Assembly (NCBI RefSeq): GCF_006345805.1
Contig: NC_043011.1
Coordinates: 44,962,464-45,026,463, forward strand
Reading direction: 5' to 3'
Length of the DNA: 64,000 nucleotides
Source of the DNA: Octopus sinensis
Taxonomy: Eukaryota
In this document: positions 12,328 through 25,369 of the stretch, in pieces
How the letters are laid out: every line of letters begins with the position of its first letter
Numbering within the stretch: position 1 is the stretch's first letter
The notes under the pieces: model-generated
Seen by the model: only the letters and a program-made list of their open reading frames with translations
Told to the model about the DNA's origin: nothing
Databases searched by the model: none
Position numbers and translations under genes: made by a program

Positions 12328-14770
12328 TAATCGTGGTTTCAAATTTTGCCACAAGGGCAGCAATTTTAGGGTAGGGGATTAATCAATTACATCAACCTCA
12401 GTGTTCAACTGATACTTATTTCATCGACCCTGAAAGGATGAAAGGTAAAGTCGACCTCGGCAGAATTTGAACTCAGAATGTAACAGCAGACGAAATACTG
12501 CTAAGCTTTTTGTCCAGCATGCTAACTTTTCTAGGAGCTTGCTACCTTAATAATAATATTAATCTTTTCTACTGTAGGCACAAGGCCTGAAATTTGGGGC
12601 GAGGGGGTAAGTCAATTACTTCAACCCCAGTGCGTAACTGGTACTTAATTTCGACCCCGAAAGGATGAAAGGCAAAGTGTGACTTCGGCAGAATTTGAAC
12701 TCAGAACATAGTGGCAGATGAAATACCACTATGCATTTTGACCTGCATGCTAACGATTCTGCCAGCTTGCCACCTTAATAATAGTAATAATAATAATAAT
12801 AATCCTTTCTACTAAAGGCTACCTTAGTAATAATAGCAACAACAATAATAACCCTTTCTACTGGAGGCACAGGACCTCAAATTTGTTGGGTGGGGGCTAG
12901 TCAATTATATCACTCCCAGTGTATCACTGGTACTTAATTTATCGACCCCAAAAGGATGAAAGGCAAAGTCAACTTCGGCAGAATTTGAACTCAGAAGTTA
13001 GTAGCAGAAGAAATACCGCTAAGCATTTTGCTTGGCATGCTAATGGTTCTGCCAGCTCGCCACCTTAATAATAATAATCCTTTCTACTATAGGCACAAGG
13101 CCTGAAATTTGGGAAGAGGGGTAAGTCAATTACATCAATCCCAGTGTGTAACTGGTACTTATTTAATCGACCCTGAAAGGATGAAAAGCAAAGTTTGACC
13201 TCGGCAGAATTTGAACTCAGAACATAGTGGCAGATGAAATACCACTAAGCATTTTGCCTGGCATGCTAACGATTCTGCCAGCTCACTGCCTTGATAATAA
13301 TAATGATTTTTACTTTAGCTGCAAGGGCAACAATTTTAAGGGGAATGTGTTATTTATATCAGCCCCACCACTTGACCTGTACTTCATGAATGCTGAAAGG
13401 ATGAAAAAGCAGAATTGACCTCAGCAGAATTTGAACTCTGAACCTAAAGAGCTGGAACAAATACGGGGCATTTAGTCATTTGCTGTATTGATTCTGCCAA
13501 ATTATTGCCCTCGATTTCTTGTTTTGAGGAAAGGGATTTAGTCATTTACATTGAACCAGTACTGAACCAATGCTTTATTTATAGGCTCCTAAGAGATGGA
13601 AGGCAAAGTTTGCTGTAGCAGGATTTGAAAGTAAAGAGCCAAAAGAAATGCCACAAAATGTTTTCTCTGATGCTCTCTAACGATTTTGCCAATCCACCAC
13701 CCTTATAATAATAATAATAATAATAATAATAAGAAGAAGAAGAGCACTCAGAGTGCACAAACCTCCGCCAAGGCAACACCAATGTCCTCTCAACAATTAG
13801 CCAGAGACGATTTTTTAAAAATGAAAATATCAGAAATAAACTCAACTGTTCTCACAAACAAGAATACTAAAATTGAACCCGACTGCTCTCAAAAATTAAG
13901 TAAAAAACTGAAAAAAATTATCCAGAATCCTTGTCCGGTACTGGATCAATCTCAAAATCTAATGAGTTCATGCCAGGCACGAGGTCAAACATCGCTGAAA
14001 GTTTCATTCGAATCCATTCAGCGGTTTTGAGATATCTTGTCCACGGACCAACAAAGAAACGTGACGGAAAACAATACCACTGCCTTAGTGGTGGAGGTAA
14101 TAATAATAATAATAGTCCTTTCTACAATAGGCACAAAGCCTGAAATTTGGGGGAGGAGTATAGTCGATTACATTGACCTCAGTACGCAACTGGTGCTTAG
14201 TTTGTCGACCCTAAAAGGATGAAAGACAAAGTCAGCCTCAGCAGGATTTGAATTCAGAATGTTAAGACGGATAAAATGCTGCTAAGGATTTAGCCTGGCA
14301 TGGGTTGGACAGTTTGACTGAAAACTGGTAACCTGGGGAGCTGCACCAGGTTCCAATCTTATTTGACACAGTTTCTACAGCTGGATGCCCTTCCTAGCGC
14401 CAACCACTCTAAGAGTGTAAATAACAGTAATAATACTAACCCTTTCTACTACAGGCATAGGGCCTAAAATTTGCGGGTAGGGGGACTAGTCAATTACATC
14501 AATAAACTCCCACCCCACCCAGTATGCAACTGGTACTTATTGCATTGATTCCAAAAGGATGATCAACAAAATTGAGCTCAGAACATAGAGTCTTTAGAAA
14601 TTCTGCCAAAAATGTTGTCCCACAATCTAATGATTTTTCCAGTTTGTCATCTCAATGATGATTATAATTCTATTTTAGGCACAAAGCCTGAAAATTTGTG
14701 GGAGGGTGCTAGTCAATTACACTCACCCCAGTGCTCAACTGGTACTTATTTCATTGACCCTGAATGAATG
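11820..14770 (-). mobile_element. Head-to-tail array of about 10-11 tRNA-derived SINE family B units
   Basis: Repeated unit of about 230-250 bp containing GAAAGGATGAAAGGCAAAGTCGAC..GCAGAATTTGAACTCAGAA, units separated by (AAT)n. Confidence 0.85.
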
Positions 14771-15819
14771 AAATCCCCAGTGGATTTGGTTGATGGAAAC
14801 TGAAAGAAGCCTATTGTGTATATATCATTATCATCATGATTTAATCCCCCTTTCCATATTGGCATGGGTTGGACAGTTTGACACAGACAAGCAAGAAGGC
14901 TGTACCTGATTCTATGTCTGCTTTGGTATGGTTTCAACAGCTGGATGCCCTTCTTAATGTTAATCACTTAAATGTGTGTTTGATGCTTTTTGCATGGTAT
15001 CAGCACCAGTGAGGTTACCAAGTAACCACAAGATTCCTCAGATGAATGGGGTGTAAAATGGAGGGATGAGAAACTGTGATAGAGGGACAAGGAGCAGGTG
15101 TCTTGCTGAAGAGGTGAATACATAGCTTGCCCACCTGGAAAATGAAACCAAGAGATGGAAGCACAGGTACAAGGTGAATATGAGATGGAATAGGATAGAA
15201 AAGCAGAAAAGGTGGATTTGTCACACTATTTTAACACTGAGTGAAAACAGTGTGACAGAAAATTAGAGATAGGGAATGAATTGGACACAGGATATGAGTT
15301 CAGCAGAGGGGAGGTGAAGCAAGGAAATAGAGTAACACAGAAGATTGATGGAAGAATGTGTATTAGAAGATGATTTGTGAGGGAAGGCTTGACAGAACTT
15401 CCAATTCTGCTGAGTTGGATGGGTCCTCTCAACACAGCATATTGACAATTATCTCAGTCCCCCATCATCATCTCTGAGAGGCTCAACATCTGGAGTTCAG
15501 TCTTCACCACTTCGTCCCACATTTTCTTAGATCTTCCACAGGTCCCTTCCACATTCAGCAAACAGCACTGCTTTGTGCGAGTGTGTGTTACTGTCTTCTT
15601 GCCTCAACATAATGTATTAGTCGTAAAGAAATGTCACCATTATGCGTGTGGCCTCCTTTGTTTACAATATTCTGTGCAAAGATGTCTGGCCATGGGGAAA
15701 TATTACTTTACTTTCATTTAGTTAACTTTAGCCCCACTTTTGGGGTCAATATATATTGTTTGCATTGTTTCTGTCTCTACTGTATAAACTTTGTATACCT
15801 CAACATGAATAGGTTTCTA

Positions 15820-16620
15820 CTCTACAGCATTAGCAGCGGGCACCCTTATATAGATGTCATATATATAAGTACTGTATTAGCTGTGTATACCCTGTTATAG
15901 CCTTGTGTCTCTATTATACTACGATAGCTGTGGGCACCCCTGTATATGTGTATTATGCTCGTACTGTACGGCTATGGATAATCCTGTATGGATGTCCTGT
16001 TTCTACTGTACTGCACTGGCTTTATATACTACTATATAGATGTATTAGTACTGTGGATAACCTTATATGGATGTAATACGGCTGCTGTACAAACTATGGG
16101 TACTCTTATACAGATATAGAATTTCCTATGGGTACCTCTATATGATAGTGTCTCTAGTGTGGAGACCCCTATACTGATGTTAATAGAACATATCTTTGGG
16201 TATCCCTATATAATAATAAATTCTCTACTATACAAGTTGTGTATACCCCTATATAGATGTAGTGTTTCCAGTGTACTGTACTAGTTGTAGGTACTTTTAT
16301 CTAATTGTAGTCTCTAGTATATTAACTGTGGATATTGAAGGGTGGCAGAGTTCTACTGTCTGTTGGTAACCTTAAATAATAGCTCCTCTACTGTACGAGC
16401 AGTGGGTACTCTTATAGACTTAGTATCTGTATTTTAGTAACTATACAGAGGTGTTTGGACTACTGGCTGTGGATACATTACATAACTATAGCATCTGTTC
16501 TGTACTAACTGTTGGTAACTGTATGTAGTTGTCTATACTGTACTAATTGTGGGGTATCCCTCTACTGAGATGGTGTTAGTACGGTATTGTTTGCGGGGTA
16601 CTGCTACATGATATTAATAC
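15820..16620. repeat. Degenerate minisatellite, about 40-45 bp period
   Basis: Recurring CTGTGGRYACCCYTATATRGATGT...TACTGTA motif, roughly 15-18 decayed units. Confidence 0.65.
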
Positions 16621-17469
16621 CTCTACTACATGAGCTGTAGAAACACTTACATACAGGCAGTGTTTGTATTGTACTGGCTGTGAACAATGGTATACGACAG
16701 GTACAGGAGTAACTGTACACAAAGGTGGTGGTATAGGTAACTCTGTATGCAGGTGTTTATAGCTGTGATGGCTGTGGTTATCGTGGAGGCAAAAATGAGT
16801 ATTCCTGTGATGGACCGGTGTCCTGTCCAGAGGATGAGGTACATTCAACAAAACTCCAAGAAACCAACCCCCATGAGTCTATATGACTCAAAAGGAGATT
16901 TCTCCTGAAGGCACATGGCCTAGTGGTTGGGATGTTATGCTCCTGATCACCAGATCATGGGATCAGTACTTGGTTCAGGCAGTGTGTTTTCTTGAGCAAA
17001 AACTTCATTTCATATTGATGTAGTGCTACGTGGGGACCAGTACATCAAAGAATAGACCCCGCTCCCACCAATCTTCCTTCTGCATGGCATAAAAGGCAAT
17101 TAAAAGTAGAGGTAAGTTTTGCGCTCTGAGCTTGTAAAACCCTCACCAGCAACAGCTACCCAAACTGACCCATGGGTTGGAGGTTTGTCGCCTGAGTAGC
17201 ACAGAGGTGTCATCTGCTAGGAGATGGGCATCGCCAACAAATGCTTGATGCAGCAACACATTACAATGCATGCTCCCATATTACTACTACTATTACTACT
17301 GCTACTACTACTACTACTACTACTCATCTTTATCGCCATCTTATTAATTACGACCTCAGTTTTGTCCCCTCTGTAACCCTTCACCCTTAACTTATTTATC
17401 TCACCCACCCCTATGAGCTAGATTTCACTTTGCCACTGAATACATAACTCATATTCTACCCAGCTCCCA

Positions 17470-17505
<36 letters not shown>

Positions 17506-17680
17506 TTCTACCCACAATTGTTTCTCTCAAATCTTGTGATTATACGCGTTGTTGTTGTTCTTTGAAGTGTTACTATTATTGTTGATGACGACGATGATGA
17601 TAACTTGGTCTAGTTTCACTTTTGTTTGGCAACTCATTGATTTCATCGTGGACTTTGATGGTTGTGTCATTGAGTGTTAG

Positions 17681-17719
<39 letters not shown>

Positions 17720-18055
17720 AGGGTTGTGTATTTGTTTTTGGCTTTCTCACATTGATATACACATACGCACACACTCACATTCAGTCTGCCTGTCACTTGC
17801 TATATATATATATATTATATATATATATATGCATACACACACACACACATATATGCATACACATATACACACACACACACACATATATGTATATATATAT
17901 GTGTGTGTGTGTGTGTATATATATATGTATGTATATATATATATGTGTGTGTGTATATATATATATGTATATATATATATATGTGTAGATATATATATAT
18001 ATGTGTGTGTGTGTGTGTATATATGTGTAGATATATATATATATGTGTGTATATA

Positions 18056-18111
<56 letters not shown>

Positions 18112-18166
18112 GACAGGATGACCTGACACACATACACAGTTGAGGATACTGCCTTTATCAGTTGGT

Positions 18167-18204
<38 letters not shown>

Positions 18205-18205
18205 C
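17470..18205. repeat. Compound (CA)/(TG)/(TA) microsatellites
   Basis: Directly visible; source of several spurious ORFs. Confidence 0.95.
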
Positions 18206-18664
18206 CGCCTCTAGTTTAGAATCAATACAATTTGCTTAGCTCTTTATTCACTTTGTCTTCAGTTATTAATAACACTAAGTCTGTTACTACTACAACTACT
18301 ACTACTGATGATGATAATGCTGATGGCTATGAGTCACAAGGCTCCACCTTCTCAGGAACGGAGGTGGACTAATCAACTACTGTAGTTGATTGGTACTTAT
18401 TTTTAGCATTCATTTAACCCCTTTGGGTGAACAAAAGGTAAAAATTAACACAGGAGGGATTAAAGTTCTGGAAAGTAAAAAAAAAAAATGTCTGTAAAAG
18501 CCATAAGGTAAGGGAAATGGTCAATTTGATGCCGGAAACGTGCTTGTACTTCTTTAATCAATTGGAACCGGTATCGTTGCATCAACCTGAGAACAAATGA
18601 GTTAATTGACCTCAGCAGGATTTGAACACTGAACATAAAGAACCAAAACAATGATACTCTAACA

Positions 18665-18955
18665 CAGTGGTTCTCAAACATTTCCGTGTTGCTGCCCCAC
18701 TTGACACTTGGGCCACATTCCTAGTGCTGCCCCCTTCACAAACACACACATATTCACCACCACAAATGTGGACCATTTTACCCAGCAATTTCAAAACAAC
18801 TGTAGTTCACAAATAAAACTTAAATTATTCCATTATTTTGTTGTTTTTACATTTATTGCCCCACTTTTCTTCAAGCCCCCTGGATCTTTCCACTGCTCCT
18901 AGAGTGGCAGTACTGCTTGCAAGGAACAAGAAGTGGGCTGAGAACTAACCACTAA
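18665..18955. mobile_element. hAT-like MITE
   Basis: Termini CAGTGGTTCTCAAAC ... TGAGAACTAACCACT resemble hAT/Charlie TIRs (right end degenerate). Confidence 0.5.
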
Positions 18956-19231
18956 GTTCCTCATGAACTCACGGCCAACCCTCACCTTGCTGACAGCATC
19001 ACTATACATCTATATATTTTTACTTGCAACATCACACAAGGTATCTAGCTACACCTAGTGTTTTTAGCAACCACTAGACTACGGGGTAGGGTACTCTCTC
19101 AAATGCTCCAGGTCATTGAATGCTGGGTATATTCAGTGGCTTACTCTTAGCTAAAAATTTGTCTTGGAACCCTCTCATTGGGGAGCTGGCATCAATGGTA
19201 CCCCATCAATGCTTAAAGCTGCACTGAATCT

Positions 19232-19700
19232 TTTTAACCATTTAGCATTCACATTATTCTGTCAAATGTAATGCATATTTATTCACATTGTTTTAAACTA
19301 ATCATGCATTGTCTTGTAGTTTTGAGATTTTAATGAGATGATTATTTTTAGAATGACATTGTAGGGTAGGTGTGAAAGGCTGGATCTGGCAAGTTTGAAT
19401 ATAAAACAGGTAGAATCTTGTAGATCCGCCCCGGGTGGCACTTTTAAAAGGACAGCAGTTTTCATCCTGTTGTAGGCTGTTGCTGTAGGCAATATGCGTT
19501 TTGATGGGGTCTGGGGGGTGGCAAACAGAATGGCCACCCCGGGTGGCACACATTGTAGCTATGCTAGTGCTACAATGTCATTCTAAAAATAAACAATCAC
19601 TTCATCAAAATCTTGGAATTTTAAGATAATTTATGATCAGTTCAAAACAATATAAATAAATATTTTGTTTGACAGAGTAATCTGAATGTTAAAAGGTTAA
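19232..19700. mobile_element. TTAA-flanked MITE family copy with a nested insert (about 19425-19565)
   Basis: TTAACCATTTAGCATTC start and AAAGGTTAA end; internal sequence matches 26919-27139; the insert has a repeated CCCCGGGTGGCAC. Confidence 0.55.
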
Positions 19701-19969
19701 GCTAATTATCTTCCTAATTAGTTGTGCTTCAGCTCTTTTGTTTTTCTTACTTGGTCCATTTGTTTGATCTAAATTCTGCTCTAGTTGTTTCTCTCTGAAA
19801 CAGTCTCTGTTCTTATAGCTGTTGATGATGATGATGATGATAGTGATACTGCTACACCAATAACTGGGTATGAACATTGGTAACACAGAAATAGGAGACC
19901 TGCTACATAGGCAACTGCTACTGTTCCACAAAACTTTGCTCAGGTCTGTGCTTGAGAGAGAGGACATTC

Positions 19970-20353
19970 CAGTGTTGTGTCACTGGCGTTGTTCGGGTTT
20001 GTTTCGACCCTTTAGAATTGGAATTTTTGAAAAGTAAAAATTTCGCATTATGTAGCTTTCTCTTTAAGTGAACATTTTTCTGGTTGAAATACACCAAAAA
20101 ATGGCGACTCAGCAGTCAAAAAATCGTAAAAAATAGGGATTTTCATAGAAAAAAAGCACCCTTTTGATGTAAATAATTTTTGGTCTTAACATGGTCCGAT
20201 TTGAATTTTATCTTCTACGGAATGAAGAGCAAGCCTTCTTCTATCACACTCTCAAATTTGGTCAACTTGCGCTGCAGGGTCTTGGAGGAGATAATGTTAG
20301 TTGAAGGCTATCAAACCTGCCATACACAGACAACTTCAGCTTTATATATAAGA
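19970..20353 (+). mobile_element. Helitron-like non-autonomous element
   Basis: Degenerate GGCGTTGTTCGGGTTTG start as in 25764; ends CAGACAACTTCAGCTTTATATAT. Confidence 0.5.
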
Positions 20354-21369
20354 CAACTTAGCGAGATCATTTTTACGAATATTTTCATTGATATTAAGAG
20401 CACGTCCCGTTCGATTTTTGAGGCGATTTGGTCTTCAAAATAATTCTCTCATTTTGAGCTATCTTTTGACACCATTTTCAACTGAGAACTCTTTAAAAAG
20501 GCACACTCAAAACTGCTAGAATTTGCATTTTTCAAGCTAGAGAATTCAAACTTGCTCCAATTGATTCAGAAAACTTATCGACATATATGCTCATATTTTG
20601 TTTTTCAGAAAACTCAAAAATTGAATGTGTTTTCGCCCCATTTTTCTGTTGCATTCGCGCAAACACGCACACAGTCACGTGTAGAATCCAACATGTTGCG
20701 TGAACACAACTCAAGGCAATAGTGTATGACATCCACTCACTCGCAGAAAATGCATTGTTTCGGGCCTTTGTTATCGCGATAGAGATTTGAAACCTACTCT
20801 GGCCGTAACTACACCATACTTTCTATAGGTGTGTAAATTTTCAGCTCGATCCTAGCACATCTAGTGTCATTGAATCCTTACCAAAGCCAAAGTGTGCAAG
20901 TTTGTTTTCTCTTTTATATAGGTAGAAAACTGAATCAAGAATTTCTAGGAGCCATAGTCTCATGAGATATATTGATGCTAAAGAACAAAGGAATTTAAGA
21001 CAGTTGTATGTGAGAACTTCTATATGCTGATTGCTTAGGCCTGAGTGCTGAGTCAAATAATTAGAAAAGTTTCTAACTTAGAAGCAAAGTATAGAATCAT
21101 AAAGTCTTAAACTAACTTCCTGATTGATGCTGTGAGTTACTAGGGTGTATTGTACTTAACCTTATATTTTCAGGTTCACAGAAACCATTTCTGGTGGCTC
21201 TGCTGCTTTCCCTGCTTTCAAATTCTTATTTTGATCATGTAGCTGTCTTCACTAGCTTGTTCCTGTGTTGTTACATTAGACAGATTGTCATGCTCTTTCT
21301 CTCTCTCTCTTTAACCTTTTCCTCTCTTAACAACCTTTCAAGGTAGCATTTCCAAATCTCTTTTTTTCT

Positions 21370-21804
21370 TATCAACATCGTGAGTACCATACGAGTGAGA
21401 TCGTTGCCAGAGCAACAAGCTGGACTCCATGCCGATGGCATGTTAAATACGCCATTCGAGCGTGATCGTTACCTGTGTCACCTTACTAGCACTTGTGGTG
21501 GTGGCACGTGAAAAAATACATTCGAGTGAGGTCGTTGCCAGTGCTGCTGGACTGGCTCCTGTGCAAGTGGCACATAAAAAGCACCATTTGAGCTTAGCCA
21601 TTGCCAGTACCACCTAACTGACCCTCGTGCCAGTGGCACATAAAATCACCCACTACACTCTCGGAGTGGTTGGCATTAGGAAGGGCATCCAGCTGCAGAA
21701 ACTCTGCCAGATCAGATTGGAGTCTGGTGCAGCCATCTGATTCGCCAGACCTCAGTCAAATCATCCAACCCATGCTAGCATGGAAAGCAGACGTTAAATG
21801 ATGA

Positions 21805-21838
<34 letters not shown>

Positions 21839-22545
21839 CACCATCTGAACGTGACCGATGCCAGCCCCGCCTCGAATGGCTTCTGTGCCGGTGGCACATA
21901 AAAAGCAACATCCGAACGTGGCCGATGCCAGCACCGCCCCGACTGGCTTCTGTGCCGGTGGCACATAAAAAGCACCATCCGAACGTGACCGATGCCAGCA
22001 CCGCCTCGACTGGCTTCTGTGCCGGTGGCACATAAAAAGCACCAACCGATCGTGGGATCCCGGAACATCTTGCTGTGCTTGAGGAGACCTGTTGAGTCAA
22101 GTGCATGTACATGAACATCGAACCAAATATCAATGGAAACAGTAGTAGTTGTGATACCTGTGCCGGTGACACATAAAAAGCACCATCCGAACGTGGCCGT
22201 TGCCAGTGCAGCCTCCACTGGCTTCTGTGCCGGTGGCACATAAAAAGCAACATTCGAACGTGACCGATGCCAACCCCGCCTCGAATGGCTTCTGTGCCGG
22301 TGGCACATAAAAAGCACCAACTGATCGTGGCCGATGCCAGACCCCTCTGGCACCTGTGCAGGTGGCATGTAAAAAGCACCCACTACACTCGCGGAGTGGT
22401 TGGCGTTAGGAAGGGCATCAAGCTGTAGAAACACTGCCAGATCAGACTGGAGCCTGGGGCAGCCCCTGGCTCCCCAGACCCCGGTCGAACCGTCCAACCC
22501 GTGCTAGCGCGGAAAACGGACGTTAAACGATGATGATGATGATGA
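21370..22545 (+). mobile_element. Two tandem RTE-tail-like elements, the second with a 67-bp tandem array (21838-22380)
   Basis: Units start at 21838, 21905, 21972, 22039, 22180, 22247, 22314 and 22376; each has hairpin TGTGCC-GGT-GGCACA plus TAAAAAGC; both elements end in ACGTTAAA(C/T)GATGATG. Confidence 0.8.
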
Positions 22546-23704
22546 TATATATATACACACGACAAGCTTCTTTCAGTTTCCGTCTACCAAATCTACTCAC
22601 AAGGCTTTGGTCAACCCGAGGCTATAGTAGAAGACACTCGCCCAAAGTGCCACACAGTGGGGCTGAACCCAGCTTCTTATCACACAGCCACTCCTGTGCC
22701 TATGCGTATGATTTTTTTTCCCCCTTGAAGTGGTGAAAGGCATGAGTCCCATGATGAGATGTGGAGGGTGAACATGAACTAAAACTAAATAAAATGTATC
22801 ACATTTTATCTGGTTGTCTGCTGTTCGTCGACTCACTCTCCTGATAACTGATGATGACTTCAGCAGTTGTTGTTGTTGCTATTGTTATCATGTGAACTGA
22901 GTGGAAAAAATTGTTTTAAATATATTTAAAAAAAAAAAAAAGCTGAAGGTTATTCAGTAATTATAGAATATCTTAATGATGTCTTTTGTCCTTGTAATAA
23001 TCACGTGTTCCTGATTAATTGTCATGTGTAGATGTTGGGGCTTGTGTCTCGGTCTCTCTCTTTCTATGTGTTTGTATATTTGTGGTGGGTGTTAAAACAA
23101 TGTCAAGTTCTCGAAAAATGTGGTCTATGTTTGCTATAATTGACCTTAGTCAAGGTCCTTCATTCTACTTTCCTAAAGGTAATTGTCTCATTGGGAACAT
23201 GTATGACAGTGACGGTAGGAAACCGGCATGTGTCAGTAGTGTAGCCTACGGTAAAGTACTTGTAGTGAGTGTTTATTTTGTGCTTTAGTCCCAGGACAAC
23301 CCTGGTTTAGTAGAGCTATTATCTATGATGATATATATATGTTCCAACCATCGCCATCTTTCTGATTTAGTGGGTGATTCCCATTTAAAAACAAACAAAG
23401 AAAACCTATTAGATATGGTGAAGATTTGACTGTTAGATTTAGCAAATCAAGTTATTGATATTTAGAAGTTGCCTTGCTATCTTTTGGGGTTTGTATTTTT
23501 TATTATATATAAGAGCTTGCTGGAGGAAATTTGTTGAAGATATTGGCTGAGCTATTTGGTAGGTTTAATATCTAAGGAGAGAGGCTAGTACTCCCTGACT
23601 GGTGAATCCACTGATAAGGAGATTGTTGGGCAGAGAGGTTAAGTGTAACAGCTGCATTGAACTTGTAATAAAATCTCTATCTAGGATCTGATTATCAACA
23701 TTAT

Positions 23705-23942
23705 ATATGTTTCTTTATTGCCAACAAGGGGCTAAACACAGAGAGGATAAACAAGGACAGACAAAGTGATTTAGTCGATTACAACGACCCCAGTGTGTAA
23801 CTGGTACTTAATTTATCGACCCCGAAAGGATGAAAGGTAAAGTCAACCTCAGCAGAATTTGAACTCAGAATATAACGGCAGACGAAATACCGCTAAGCAT
23901 TTCGTCTGGTGTGCTAACGTTTCTGCCAGCTTGCTGCCTTCT
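23705..23942 (-). mobile_element. SINE family B (CCCCTTG..AATAAAG tail variant)
   Basis: Reverse complement of the family B head and centre; similar copies at 35545-35770, 41062-41282 and 48075-48302. Confidence 0.8.
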
Positions 23943-24214
23943 ATCAACATTATAAACGTGTATGGATCCATCATCATCATTATTTTTAAGGCAGTAAGCT
24001 GGCAGAATCATTAGCATGCCATACAAAATGCTTCATGACTTTTCATGTCTTTACATTCTGGGTTCAAATTCTGCCAAGGTTGACTTTGACTTTCATCCTA
24101 TTGACGTCGATAAAATTAAGTGCCAGTCAAGTACTGGGGTTGATGTGATCAACTATCACCCTCCCCTCAAATTCCAGGCCTTGTGCCTATAGTAGAAAGA
24201 ATTATTATTATCCC

Positions 24215-24435
24215 GTGGCTTTTATGGGTTTTTCCACGAGTAACCTTTTGAAGCGCCTCCCCCTATTGGCAGTTTTTATTTGTTATATTTTCGTTGTTAT
24301 CTTGCATTTTTACACGGACTTTACAAATGGACAAAACTCTTTTTGTAAATTTCGTCCTGTATTTTGTCCTTACATGTTTTATTTGATTTTTGTTAGCCCT
24401 TGTGGCCAATAAACAAATTATTATTATTATTATTA
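24215..24435 (+). mobile_element. Probable LINE 3' UTR remnant with (TTA)n tail
   Basis: Ends AGCCCTTGTGGCCAATAAACAAAT-(TAT)n, closely resembling the family B SINE tail. Confidence 0.4.
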
Positions 24436-24464
24436 GCAGTAGTAGTATTAGTACAGGTAAACAA

Positions 24465-24750
24465 CTTTCTGATGTGTCTGGGGAGAGTCATTTTCTTTTT
24501 GTGCCTTAGAATTCAACACACTTATCAGTAAAATTTCCACTTTTTCTTATTTTTTATTGTCCTAAAATTTTCGTTGCATCTTTTAGGACAATAAAAATTT
24601 TAGGACAATAAAAAAAAAAGAAAAAAGTGGAAATTTTACCGCGGTGATTGTGTTGAATTATAAGGCACAAAAAAAAATGACTCTCCCCAGACACAACAGA
24701 AAATGCTTCAACACACAAACTCATATAAAGAATCTTGCAAACCAAATCCA
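24465..24750. mobile_element. Palindromic MITE-like element
   Basis: TTTCTGATGTGTCTGGGGAGAGTCATTTT...GTGCCTTA mirrored by TAAGGCAC...AATGACTCTCCCCAGACACAACAGAAA; duplicated TTTTAGGACAATAAAAA at the centre. Confidence 0.7.
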
Positions 24751-25149
24751 AATCCGAAAACGAAATATAATAAACTTTCTGATGTTTTCCCTGTACCAAT
24801 GTTGTTTTGATGTGATTCTTACACTTACTGTGGCCAGTTCATCGGTGCAGTAATGTTAAGATGCAGCTATAAACACGTGCAGTATGAATCATACTTTGAT
24901 TCCTCAGTATCATCTGTTTTTATTTATTTATTTATTTATTTTGTGTGTTTGGTGTTTCTATTCCCCCTACACACACACACTCCCCTCATCTGCAGTCTAC
25001 TGTTGCTATGACTACGCATAAAAGATCCAGTGGGAATTGAGAAGTTATTGCCACCACCACGCATCCAGACTGCTATGTCATCCATTACATCACTTCCCTT
25101 CTTTTCTTAAACACTAGTTTACTTACGTTTCTTCTTACTGCCGGTTTCT

Positions 25150-25338
25150 CTGTGTGTGTGTGTGTGTGGTGTGTGTGTTTTTGCTGTGTGCATGCACGTG
25201 TGTGTCAATTTGCTTTTATAGATTTCGGTCTGTGTGTGTGTACATGTGTCTTTCTGTTTCTGTATATGTGTGTATGTGTGTGTGTGTCTTTCTGTATATT
25301 TGTGTGTGTGTGTGTGTGTGTGTGTGTCTTTCTGTATA

Positions 25339-25369
<31 letters not shown>

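Noticed and set aside
13686-14030. 114-aa ORF with poly-N/poly-K
   Set aside because: It begins in a SINE plus (AAT)n/(AAG)n repeat, with no domain and no convincing splice signals.
20360-20860. Possible DNA-transposon fragment with retained CpGs
   Set aside because: I could not define TIRs, a target duplication or a coding remnant, so I did not call it.
21838-22380. CRISPR-like repeat/spacer array
   Set aside because: The spacers are near-identical, so this is a tandem repeat; the context is eukaryotic with no cas genes. The overlapping 207-aa and 240-aa ORFs are repeat translations.
23019-23288. 89-aa ORF as a nested gene or exon
   Set aside because: No recognisable motif, non-ATG start, low-complexity hydrophobic start.
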